Source: Amoebidium appalachense (lineage: Eukaryota; Protista; Ichthyosporea). Taken from it: a stretch of DNA of 64,000 nucleotides. The DNA lies in contig CAVNZM010000012.1 of NCBI GenBank assembly GCA_963693365.1, positions 3,958,409 to 4,022,408 of the forward strand. The letters are read 5' to 3'. This document shows positions 1 through 10,012 of the stretch, one piece after another. A program made the translations under genes and the position numbers. The notes below the pieces were generated by a model that did no database searches, had not been told where the DNA came from, and worked only from the letters and a program-made list of their open reading frames with translations. Positions within the stretch are counted from its first letter, which is position 1. Every line of letters begins with the position of its first letter.

Positions 1-90
1 CACTAATTTGTTGTGCCTTCCTTTTTTGGTTAGATCTATACCCGGCCAATGGTTAGCAGCCACGGGTTTGTTTTCATCAAGCTTGGACGT
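1..90. repeat. Left copy of inverted repeat (pairs with 4995-5084; truncated by window start)
   Basis: 1-90 is the reverse complement of 4995-5084 with 2 mismatches; the match runs to base 1. Confidence 0.9.
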
Positions 91-148
91 TAATACATAC
101 TAAGTAACAGAATGAAATCACTCGCAAGTGTTATCCCTCATGATTGTA

Positions 149-505
149 TCAATCCGTTTCATCCGGAGTCTTAGCGGACTGGCCCAGCCGTATGAGACAG
201 GCCCGTAGAAAGTCCTTTTGCTTCTTCAGCTTGTCGTTTTCCAGCTGCAGCTCTTGGTTCTCCACCACCAAATTCTTGTTCTCTTCGCACACCTTGTTGC
301 GCTCCTCTTGCAGGCCCTTGATCACCTCCCGCTGGTTCTTGTTCATTGTGCGCAGCGCGTCGTTGTCCTTGTCCATGTCGTTGTTCAACTCCCTCAGCTG
401 CTGGATCAGCCCGTGCAGCCCCTCGTTGGCCTCCTTCAGCATCTTGTTGGTCTCTTGCAGCTGCTCGGTGTGTGCATCTTGGCGCTGTGTATCTGTTTCA
501 TCCAT
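149..505 (-). CDS. Intronless 118-aa coiled-coil protein of unknown function
   Basis: ATG-started ORF, E/Q/K/N/L-rich heptad pattern (LQETNKMLKEANEGLHGLIQQLRELNNDM), not simple-repeat derived. Confidence 0.65.
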   Translation of the reverse strand: MDETDTQRQDAHTEQLQETNKMLKEANEGLHGLIQQLRELNNDMDKDNDALRTMNKNQREVIKGLQEERNKVCEENKNLVVENQELQLENDKLKKQKDFLRACLIRLGQSAKTPDETD

Positions 506-1356
506 TGTGTCGTTTGCAGCCGGTTGGGCAGGAGGTGTTTAGTTTTTATCCACGAAGCAAAGCAGTGTGAACAAAAAAAACGTCCCTCTTATTTTTACGA
601 AGCAAAAGTGTGACCCAAAAAAAACGTTCCTCTTACACAATGCAAAATAAAGCAAAATCCTATGATGCGCAAACACACCGTGAACTAAAAAAACTCGCCA
701 CTGATTATTTACAAAGTAAAGCAGTGTGAACAAAAAAAAAGCGCTCCTTACACAGTGCAAAATAAAACACACACACACACACACCAAGCCATTTGTATCC
801 AGCTCGGACCCCTTTTTGTGCGCACACTTCTGGTTGGTGTATAAGTATTGGATCCACGTGAGCGCGAGTTTCCTAAGTGCTGCTCAAAAAGTGACATGTT
901 GTTCCCAGCAGGCAGTGCACCGATTCGCTATCAGTTGACATCGTGTTCAAGCAGTCAGCACCATGTGATTGTGTACTTTTCCTGACCAATTTTTGTATCC
1001 CTGATAGACAGAATAATGCTCGTAATTGTTGGGAAGCATATTCGTGTTTTTTTAGGAGTTGCTACATCAAAATACATTGTGTTCAAACACTGACGGCCAA
1101 GTTGCAAAGATCGGATTACAATCCAATCTGTCAAATGACAATTCTCAAGTCAAAACATGCTCTTGTTGATCCAATCAGAATTCATCAATCAGTCAGCAGA
1201 TTTGGTTGAGCCCCAACTTATCGGATACACCAAGATGCCCAAATGACAATTAGCCAATCAGATATTCACGCGATCTCTAGATCCAATCAAGCGTCGCGGC
1301 TGGGGTATATCCAACCAATCTAATGCAATAAAGCATCTGATGCCAAAGCCGGGCAC

Positions 1357-1369
1357 GGCATATAAAAGC
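1357..1369 (+). promoter_or_regulatory. TATA cassette GGCATATAAAAGC with upstream CCAAT boxes
   Basis: 84 nt upstream of ATG 1453; CCAATC at ~1171, 1255, 1283, 1315; identical 13-mer upstream of the 4782 ORF. Confidence 0.6.
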
Positions 1370-1452
1370 CCATACTCTCTTCAATCCACACACCTTTTCC
1401 ATGTTAGCTAGCTTCTCCCTTGGCACACAACGTACATCCAACTGTCACGAAA

Positions 1453-2199
1453 ATGAGTTCTAACATCAAAGATCTAGAAAGGCGCGCTAAAAAAATAGAG
1501 ACAAGACTCAAGACTTTGGAGGAGGATGCAAAGGTCCTGCGGGACACCCAGACCCGTTTCGCGTGCGCCCTTGCTAGGCACGCCCGCATGGCTTTAAGCA
1601 AGCGCACCACTACAGCAGCAACCGTGGCACCCCCAGCGCTGACCGTGGCACCCCCAGCGCTGACCGTGGCACCCCCAGCGCTGACCGTGGCACCCCCTGT
1701 CCTGGCAGCGGCACCTGCACTTCGTGCTGGCGAGCATGGCAGCTCCTATCCCGTGGACTTGGCCCCCCTGCCCCTGCAGCGCTCACGTTTGCACATCACA
1801 CAGGGGTCCAAGACACGGGAGAAACCACGAAGACAGCAGAAGAGGACACGAGAGGAAGTCAGAAGCTCTGGGTCGGAGGAGGAGCACCATTCTCCAGTGC
1901 CTCCTTGGTTCAACTGGAAGACCTTCACACAGGGGTCCAAGACACGGGAGAAACCACGAAGACAGCAGAAGAGGACACGAGAGGAAGTCAAAAGCTCTGG
2001 GTCGGAGGTACAGGAGGAAGTGCCTCCTTGGTTCAAGACCTTGCTATGGGGACCTGAGGAGTACTCGTCTTCTGAGGAGCACTCGTCTTCCGAGTCCAAG
2101 ACCTTGACACGGGGACAGCAGAAAAGGGCACGAGCCAGTGAAGCCAGCAGCTCTGGGGCGTCTTCCGAGTCTTCAGACGGAGATATCAACTGGCCTTGA
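1453..2199 (+). CDS. Intronless ORFan: N-terminal coiled coil, (TVAPPAL)n repeat, duplicated basic module TQGSKTREKPRRQQKRTREEV, Ser/Glu-rich tail
   Basis: Open frame 1420-2199, first ATG at 1453, TATA/CCAAT upstream, in-frame internal repeats. Confidence 0.65.
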   Translation: MSSNIKDLERRAKKIETRLKTLEEDAKVLRDTQTRFACALARHARMALSKRTTTAATVAPPALTVAPPALTVAPPALTVAPPVLAAAPALRAGEHGSSYPVDLAPLPLQRSRLHITQGSKTREKPRRQQKRTREEVRSSGSEEEHHSPVPPWFNWKTFTQGSKTREKPRRQQKRTREEVKSSGSEVQEEVPPWFKTLLWGPEEYSSSEEHSSSESKTLTRGQQKRARASEASSSGASSESSDGDINWP

Positions 2200-2261
2200 C
2201 ACGGTGAAAAAAGGGGCCGCTATTAGAGAGTAGCCTCAGGCTATTCTAGTGCTTGTGTGCA

Positions 2262-3160
2262 GGTGTACTTAACATTGAGTGTACTTAGGGTGGGGCTGTG
2301 CAGACGTGTACTTAAAGGGTGGGGCTGTGCAGACGTGTACTTAGGATGGTGCAGACGTGTACTTAAAGGGTGGGGCTGTGCAGACGTGTACTTAAAGGGT
2401 GGGGCTGTGCAGACGTGTACTTAGGATGGTGTAGACGTGTACTTAGGGTGGTGCAGAGGTGTACTTAGGGTGGTGCAGACGTGTACTTAGGGTGGTGCAG
2501 AGGTGTACTTAGGGTGGTGCAGACGTGTACTTAGGGTGGTGCAGACGTGTACTTAGGGTGGTGCAGAGGTGTACTTAGGGTGGTGCAGACGTGTACTTAG
2601 GGTGGTGCAGAGGTGTACTTAGGGTGGTGCAGACGTGTACTTAGGGTGGTGCAGACGTGTACTTAGGGTGGGGCTGTGCAGAGTGTACTTAGGGTGGTGC
2701 AGACGTGTACTTAGGGTGGTGCAGAGTGTACTTAGGGTGGGGCTGTGCAGAGGTGTACTTAGGGTGGTGCAGAGTGTACTTAGGGTGGTGCAGAGGTGTA
2801 CTTAGGGCTGTGCAGAGGTGTACTTAGGGTGGTGCAGAGGTGTACTTAGGGTGGTGCAGAGGTGTACTTAGGGCTGTGCAGAGGTGTACTTAGGGTGGTG
2901 CAGAGGTGTACTTAGGGTGGTGCAGAGGTGTACTTAGGGTGGTGCAGACGTGTACTTAGGGTGGTGCAGAGGTGTACTTAGGGTGGTGCAGACGTGTACT
3001 TAGGGTGGGGCTGTGCACCACAGTGTACTTAGGGTGGTGCAGACGTGTACTTAGGGTGGGGCTGTGCACCACAGTGTACTTAGGGTGGTGCAGACGTGTA
3101 CTTAGGGTGGGGCTGTGCACCACAGTGTACTTAGGGTGGTGCAGAGTGTACTTAGGTGGG
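2262..3160 (+). repeat. Telomere-like minisatellite, unit ~22 bp (GTGTACTTAGGGTGGTGCAGA[C/G])
   Basis: Roughly 35-40 tandem units read directly; most contain TTAGGG; variants occur in blocks. Confidence 0.95.
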
Positions 3161-3561
3161 TGTCTTGTGGTGAAAGTAAAGTTTATGGCATACAGGCAGA
3201 TGTGTGCTTTAAGCCTTAGGGAACTGTGGGCAGACATGTCAACACTTGGGCCTATGGGTAGACGTGTACACACTTAGTGTATTTGTTTGTGTCTCTCATG
3301 GTTATTTTATAGCATGAAGCACTGCAAAAAATGGTGTATGTTTCCGTGGTCCACGTACACAGAATCCTTTAATATGAACACAAGTGATTGTATAGAAAAA
3401 GAGTACGTACGTACATGATAGTCTAGTCAGATTACAAAGAACAAATCAACTTGGACCGAGTATATTCAAATACAAACTAAAAGAGAAAAGAAACAAATAA
3501 ATCAAGACCGATCAATTCAAATACAAATCAAAAGAGAATGCCACTTAGTCGACCAATCAAA

Positions 3562-4782
3562 TCAGTACATCTCATGCTCATACTGGTCAAACTCTTCCTG
3601 GTCAAGATCAATGAGGGGAATTTCTTCAGTTTGTTTATGTTTGGGTTCAGGTTTGCGGTCATACACGACCGACTCACGATCAGACGCAGATTCGTCATCT
3701 GTCATATCATCGAGTACCTGATTTGCCCGTCGTTTGAGCCGCTTGGGGTTGAATGCTTCATCTGAGTCCCAATCACATTGATCATGGACGCGTTTGGCGG
3801 GTGAGGCAGGTGAAGAGACAGACTCATTACCACCTGTGTATGCCTTCAAGTTCTTCTCCCGTCGCAGAATCTTCCTTCGGATGCTTTTTATGGTGTTTTG
3901 GGCTGCACACACAGCAGCAATGGCCAGGCCCTCCGCCATTTCATCTTCAGCCGCCTTTGCCTCTTTGACACGCTCTCGAGCATTCTGGAGCTCCCCCCTC
4001 ACACTAGTTAGCTGTGCATCGAGGTCCATCGTATGGTCATGCAACGAAGTCTCAGGTGTTTTGGTGTGCTTGGGCCTGGGCTTAGCGGCAGGGGTGGTCT
4101 TGGCAGGAGTGGTCTTGGTGGTAGGGGTGGTCTTGGCAGGAGTGGTCTTGGTGGTAGGGGTGGTCTTGGCAGGAGTGGTCTTGGTGGTAGGGGTGGTCTT
4201 GGCAGGAGTGGTCTTGGCGGCAGGGGTGGGGGCAGTCACAGGGGCGGTCTTTGCGACAGGGGTGGGGGCAGTCACAGGGGTGGTCTTTGCGGCAGGGGTG
4301 GGGGCAGTCACAGGGGCGGTCTTTGCGACAGGGGTGGGGGCAGTCACAGGGGTGGTCTTTGCGGCAGGGGTGGGGGCAGTCACAGTGGTGGTGTTGGCGG
4401 CAGGGGTGGGGTCAGCAGTCACAGTGGTGGTGTTGGCGGCAATGGTAGTCTTGCGAGGGCCACTGAAAATGTAGTTTTCATAGGCCACCTGGCCATCCCG
4501 ACGGGGTGCTGCAGCCCGTTGCAGGCTGGCAAGCTCGGCCTGCAGGGTCTTGATCTGCTCTTCGGCTGCCCTCAGTCGTGCCTCTACATCAGAGGGCTGG
4601 GGTTGGGGGGGTCGGGGGGTACGCGCAGCATTCTCATTGGTCACTTGACTGCGGAGGCTGGTGAGGTCGGTGCGGAGGCTGGTGACGTCGGTGTGCAGGG
4701 CCGTTAAGCGAGACGAATGGTCCGTGTACAGAAAATCAAAGCGCTTCTGCAGCTGTTGAAGCTCCTCTTTCCAAGAATCCAT
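3562..4782 (-). CDS. Intronless 406-aa ORFan: N-terminal heptad coiled coil, Pro/Thr/Ala/Lys repeat linker, second coiled coil, acidic C-terminus
   Basis: Long ATG-started ORF (LTALHTDVTSLRTDLTSLRSQV heptads; PAKTTPTTKTT repeats in frame); TATA cassette 95 nt upstream. Confidence 0.75.
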   Translation of the reverse strand: MDSWKEELQQLQKRFDFLYTDHSSRLTALHTDVTSLRTDLTSLRSQVTNENAARTPRPPQPQPSDVEARLRAAEEQIKTLQAELASLQRAAAPRRDGQVAYENYIFSGPRKTTIAANTTTVTADPTPAANTTTVTAPTPAAKTTPVTAPTPVAKTAPVTAPTPAAKTTPVTAPTPVAKTAPVTAPTPAAKTTPAKTTPTTKTTPAKTTPTTKTTPAKTTPTTKTTPAKTTPAAKPRPKHTKTPETSLHDHTMDLDAQLTSVRGELQNARERVKEAKAAEDEMAEGLAIAAVCAAQNTIKSIRRKILRREKNLKAYTGGNESVSSPASPAKRVHDQCDWDSDEAFNPKRLKRRANQVLDDMTDDESASDRESVVYDRKPEPKHKQTEEIPLIDLDQEEFDQYEHEMY

Positions 4783-4876
4783 GTTCCGTGTGAGTGTTTG
4801 AAAAACAAGTTTGTTGTGTGTCGCCTTTTACTATTGAGTGTCAGTGTTGAAATGAGTGAATGTGACCGTGTGTGCT

Positions 4877-4889
4877 GCTTTTATATGCC
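4877..4889 (-). promoter_or_regulatory. TATA cassette GGCATATAAAAGC (minus strand)
   Basis: GCTTTTATATGCC on + strand; same 13-mer as 1357-1369. Confidence 0.6.
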
Positions 4890-4994
4890 ACGGTACAAAG
4901 CAGCTTACAGCAATGGTGCCAAGGCTCAATGGGATAGATCTCTCCAATCAACGGTCATTGTCACTCAAACGGCCTTGATGGTTGGCAAAGTATC

Positions 4995-5084
4995 ACGTCT
5001 AAGCTTGATGAAAACAAACCCGTGGCTGCTAACCATTGGCCGGGTATAGATCTAACCAAAAAAGGAAGGCACAACAAATTGGTG
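4995..5084. repeat. Right copy of inverted repeat (pairs with 1-90)
   Basis: Reverse complement of 1-90, 88/90 identical. Confidence 0.9.
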
Positions 5085-5406
5085 CCTGCACACGGAGCAT
5101 GCCTATAGGCTGTTTAGACACCACACGTGTAGGGCGCTGCCTCTTGGCACCAACCAGAAGAGGGTAGAAATTGGTGCCTGCACACGGAGCATGCCTATAG
5201 GCTGTTTAGACACCACACGTGTAGGGCGCTGCCTCTTGGCACCAACCAGAAGAGGGTAGAAATTGGTGCCTGCACACGGAGCATGCCTATAGGCTGTTTA
5301 GACACCACACGTGTAGGGCGCTGCCTCTTGGCACCAACCAGAAGAGGGTAGAAATTGGTGCCTGCACACGGAGCATGCCTATAGGCTGTTTAGACACCAC
5401 ACGTGT
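5076..5406. repeat. 92-bp tandem repeat, ~3.6 copies
   Basis: GGTGCCTGCAC recurs at 5081, 5173, 5265, 5357; copies look identical by eye. Confidence 0.95.
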
Positions 5407-6047
5407 TGTGGCTTCTGCCTTTATCACCCACACACCCACACGTGCCAACATACACTATCCTCCCCGTGAGTGGCATGCCAGTCTCCCCTGCCCCCCTGCT
5501 CCCCTGCCCCCCTGCCCCCCTGCTCCCCTGCCACATGCACACCCACACACTGGGTGCCCCCCCCAGCCCCCCTGCCTCCCGGAACCAGGCCCCCCAGTGG
5601 TGGCATTCCAACACGTGCATGCTAGAAGATCGTGCTACATGAACAAATGGTCTTAACTCAGCCATACATGGGGGATAGATAGTATCACACAACCATGGTT
5701 CCCCCACTCTCCCCAGCCTCCTGTGCACGTGTGCCTCCCCCGACCCCCTGCCTCCCCTGCACGTGTGCCCCCCCTCCTGCCGGAACCACGGCCCCCAGTG
5801 GTGGCAGCCAGTGCCTTACATGCTAATCTATTCTATGGCCACATGGCCAGATGGCCAGATTGTTTTGACTTCAGGTGGATCCCCCCCCCCCCTGCTCACA
5901 GACTGAATTTGATCTGGCCATCTGGCCATCTGGGTATAAACCGTTTTCTGTTCTAATATTGGAGAACTGTCGATAGTGATAGAAAATGTCATTGGAAGAA
6001 CAATCGGGAAATCCCGCGGTGTGACAACCAATCAGAATGAAGCAATA

Positions 6048-6438
6048 TTGGGATATTCGGGTTGGTTGTAAGGTTTTCAGGTCGGGCCGAAGGCCCTAAC
6101 GGGCCGCAGGCCCGCTTATTGGGCCGCCAGGCCCTAGGCCGCTAGGCCGCTAGGCCCGGGGCCCCGGGGACCGGGGGCCCGACCCGGCCCGCGAGCCACC
6201 CCCGGCCCGGCCCGCGGGGGCCCAGGGGGGGGGGTTAGCAGCTGCTGCTAACCCCCCCCCCTGGGCCCCCGCGGGCCGGGCCGGGGGTGGCTCGCGGGCC
6301 GGGTCGGGCCCCCGGTCCCCGGGGCCCCGGGCCTAGCGGCCTAGCGGCCTAGGGCCTGGCGGCCCAATAAGCGGGCCTGCGGCCCGTTAGGGCCTTCGGC
6401 CCGACCTGAAAACCTTACAACCAACCCGAATATCCCAA
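6048..6438. repeat. 391-bp GC-rich palindrome (195-bp arms, 1-nt centre at 6243)
   Basis: TTGGGATATTCGGG...TTAGCAGC-T-GCTGCTAA...CCCGAATATCCCAA; no mismatch between arms found by eye. Confidence 0.95.
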
Positions 6439-6546
6439 GCAGCGAACGTAAAGTTCATCGCAGCGCGTGCACACCCGTCAGTACGTGTGCGCCTGCAGCG
6501 AACGTAAAGTTCATCGCAGCGCGTGCACACCCGTCAGTACGTGTGA
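6439..6546. repeat. ~51-bp direct duplication abutting the palindrome
   Basis: GCAGCGAACGTAAAGTTCATCGCAGCGCGTGCACACCCGTCAGTACGTGTG twice, separated by CGCCT. Confidence 0.9.
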
Positions 6547-7834
6547 GAGTGTTTCTATGGGGAAAAAGAAAAAGATGATATATAGCAAAGCTTCCCACGT
6601 CACTGATCCGTTCACATATGAGGACTGGTGACCATTAGCCCAACAGGCTGGCCACAGCCTGCCCAGTGCCGGAGTAGTCCAAAAAGTGTAGACGCGAGAA
6701 TGCGGTATAAAAATAAATACCGCCAAAGGATCTTGCCGTCATCTAACGTAAACTTTGTACATGACATGCCAATGGCTAAATCACGCCAGAGCCAAAAGAT
6801 ATGCAGCGGCCGGGGTTCGGAAATCGGAATCCACTGAGTCTCGGTCGGGTCGCCTGCACGACTCCGCCTCTCTCACGATGCCATCGTACATAAGTGTAGG
6901 TATAATATAGAAATGTTATCTGTGTATATATGAACAATTTTTTGTATATTATATATATATATATATTAATCAGTACCTTACAGAGTGCGCATGCAGAGTC
7001 GCATGCATGTCTGTCTACCCATATGATATATGCATGCCGTATGACATGATACATGCACATGTACGTATACGGTGCAAATGTATACATCACGGGTGCGACT
7101 CAATTGAGCTAGAACATCACGAAAAAGACCCTAAAAGGAAAAAAAATACATACAAAATCAAAACAGGAGATCGTACTGCTATTGTAACATGTGCACAAAA
7201 CAGCCACGTGCACCACACTCCGGTGTACAGAACAATAATATGCACAATGCGTCACTGGAATACCATGTATGCGCATGCCGCACAAGGTTTAGGAGACCAC
7301 CATAGTAGAGACTATTTCCTTTTGGTTGATATCCATGTAGGAATGGTGTGTTGCAATTGTCATGATCAGCCCGAGGCAGGCACGTGCACTCACTGAATTA
7401 CTAGAACTCATGAATAAAAATGGCAAGGTAAATTTGGGGCCAAGTTATTATTTCCCCTTCATATTTAATTAAACGTTTTGTTAGCTCCAAGAACTTCGAC
7501 GCCAAAATTTCTATATTTGGCTATCGTATATGATAATGAACACGTGTACTTAAAGTAGTTATATAAATATGAGCGGCCCGTTACAAATACAGTGACGAAA
7601 AACAGTGACCCGCGAGCAGTTTTTCTTTTTATCCCCCCCCCCCCCCCCCCCCCCCCCCCCAACACACACACACACACGCCAGAGACACACACCACCACCA
7701 CCACCACCACCACCACTCCCCCCCCCCCCCAAAAAAACCACACACATACGTGCACGTGTACACACACACAGAGTACACCATCACCACCTCCACTGGACCC
7801 CATTTCCTCGTTGTTTTCTTAAGCCTTCAGACCA

Positions 7835-8182
7835 GTCCTGTACACTGGAGTTAAACAATTGAATTCACCTAGGCTGACATGCGTCCACCCCCGCCTTCCA
7901 CTTCCTCCCCCCCCCTGCCCCCGCCCCCCCCCCCCCGGCCCCCCCCCCCCCCTCCGCCCCCCCCCCCCCCCTCCCCCCCCCCCCCCCCCCCCCCCCGACG
8001 TCCTGTACACTGGAGTTAAACAATTGAATTCACCTAGGCTGACATGCGTCCACCCCCGCCTTCCACTTCCTCCCCCCCCCCCGACGTCCTGCACACTGGA
8101 GTTAAACAATTGAATTCACCTAGGCTGACATGCGTCCACCCCCGCCTTCCACTTCCTCCCCCCCCCCCCCCCCCCCCCCCCC
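7835..8182. repeat. Three copies of a ~71-bp unit, each followed by poly(C)
   Basis: GTCCTG[T/C]ACACTGGAGTTAAACAATTGAATTCACC... at 7835, 8000, 8086. Confidence 0.9.
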
Positions 8183-8569
8183 ACCCCCTCCCCCTCAATC
8201 TTTATGAAGAAGGGCCTCGTAAGCCTAAGGCTTGGGGGGGGGGGGGGGGGGGGGGAGCTCTCGAGCCTCTGGGTAGGGAAGTGGGGTCCGGGGATCCGGA
8301 GAGGGGGGGGGGGGGGGGAGGGGCATATAATATTGGGCCTAGATATCATAGTATGGGGCCCCGGGGGAGGGGAGAGGTGGGGGGGGGGGGGGGGGAAGAT
8401 CCACGAGAAAGACCTTTAGGTGCATGTTCTTATTTATCATATCCCCTTCGAATCATTCCCCCCCCCCCCCCCCCCCCCCCCGAGTGCAGGCGCCGGCTGT
8501 GACGTAGCTACGGTAACCCTGCCGAAGGCAACAAAAATTTATTGATTACTAGCACTGTACATGTGTTCA

Positions 8570-9201
8570 CAGTGCAGCTTGCACCACGTATGATCTCAGC
8601 AACTTTAAAATAGACTCGCCCCTCTACCCCTTCCCTTCCCCATCGTCTCTGCCCATTGCCGAGCGTTATGTGGAATGGCTGGCGACCCCACCGGAGGTAC
8701 GGCTAGATCATAGTGTGAATATGAATAGTTTCAAGTCTATGGCTCATAGATATCTTTTTACTCTACGTGTTGAGTCCCTTCGGACCGGTGTTAGGACCGC
8801 AAAAACACCAACTACTAGTAGCCTATATGGCGGATACGGTTAGAGAGTCTCGTTCATACATAGATTCGTTTATTCGTAATGTGGTGTGGTGTAAAAACGC
8901 AAAGATGATTATGGATTGGCGGTGTAATCGGTTTCTGGTGTCTCCTGCTCGTATGTGTAATATGTGTGGGGGGCGGTTTACTCGCGGCTGCATATCTATC
9001 AATAAGTGCAACCTGTTAGCTAACGTATTAGAACCGGAGGTTATTGGCGGTTTTATTCTCTTTTCTTCCTCTCTTCCTCAATATATCCGTTTTAAGATGA
9101 CTATCCTAGATCACCTTATTAATGCTGCACAGTATGATACTGTGATCCGGTGCCTTAACTTTCTTTCGGAGCTACCGATGCTAGCCTCTGCTTACCCATA
9201 A
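8570..9201 (+). mobile_element. 3' fragment of non-LTR retrotransposon (LINE) ORF2, Cys-rich C-terminal region
   Basis: WRCNRF..CNMCGGRFTRGCI..C..TILDHLIN..YD aligns by eye with the C-termini at 58137-59129 and 60258-60665, which are linked to RT thumb motifs. Confidence 0.65.
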
Positions 9202-9961
9202 TATGTAATAGGGGTGTCATAATACTACGATGGCGATCATTGTTGCCTAGCATGTACATATGTCACTGGCTGCATTTGATTGGCTGCGCTGGAAAACGCA
9301 GTAGGCCGTCGAATGTGGCTGGGCCTCCGGCAGTGTCCACGCAATAAAAAGTGTGTAAACCCCTTTAAAGTAGTCAAAGTTTAGTTATTTTCATTATTTC
9401 ATTGCTCTGAACTCTATTACTCTGAAACGATCACCGTGCATGTGCCGCAAGATAACAACCCTATATGTGTGCAGCTGCAGCCTGCAGGTTAGACTCTCTG
9501 AAAAGACAATTGTCAGTGTGCATCCGACGCTTGCAGCTGCAGCTAGCCTCTGCAACATTAATACTTGCCAAGTGAATGCTCTTACACTTGATCATCATTC
9601 ACTCAAAAAACCGAGGACCAACAGCTTAAATATTAATGTCGATCCGAATGATCAGCAAGTGTCTACCGTGTACTACTATATACACACACACGTGTGTTAA
9701 AAATCGAAGCTATCAGTTATACAAGGCACACCTGCTGCACTGGCACACATACACATACACCGGCAGATACTGTCAAAATTTGCTTTCATGTACTTCCTCG
9801 GTCCGACACAGGTGCACATGAACAGTCACGTACATATGTACAAACCGCGCACACACCACACCACACATACACACACACACACATACACACACACACGCGC
9901 GGGCGCGCACACACACACACACACGCACACGCACACGCACACGCACACGCACACGCACACA

Positions 9962-10012
<51 letters not shown>

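Noticed and set aside
2262-3160. CRISPR array or true chromosome end
   Set aside because: There are no unique spacers, and the array is internal with ORFs on both sides.
2956-3277. ORFs 2956-3273 and 2972-3277
   Set aside because: They are translations of the minisatellite.
3794-4707. Gly/Val-rich plus-strand ORFs
   Set aside because: They are antisense shadows of the repeat region in ORF 3562-4782.
5076-5406. CRISPR-like repeats
   Set aside because: Whole units are identical with no variable spacers; no cas genes; eukaryotic context.
1-6438. Polinton, adintovirus or giant-virus assignment
   Set aside because: No pPolB, integrase, packaging ATPase or capsid motif is visible in the three ORFs.
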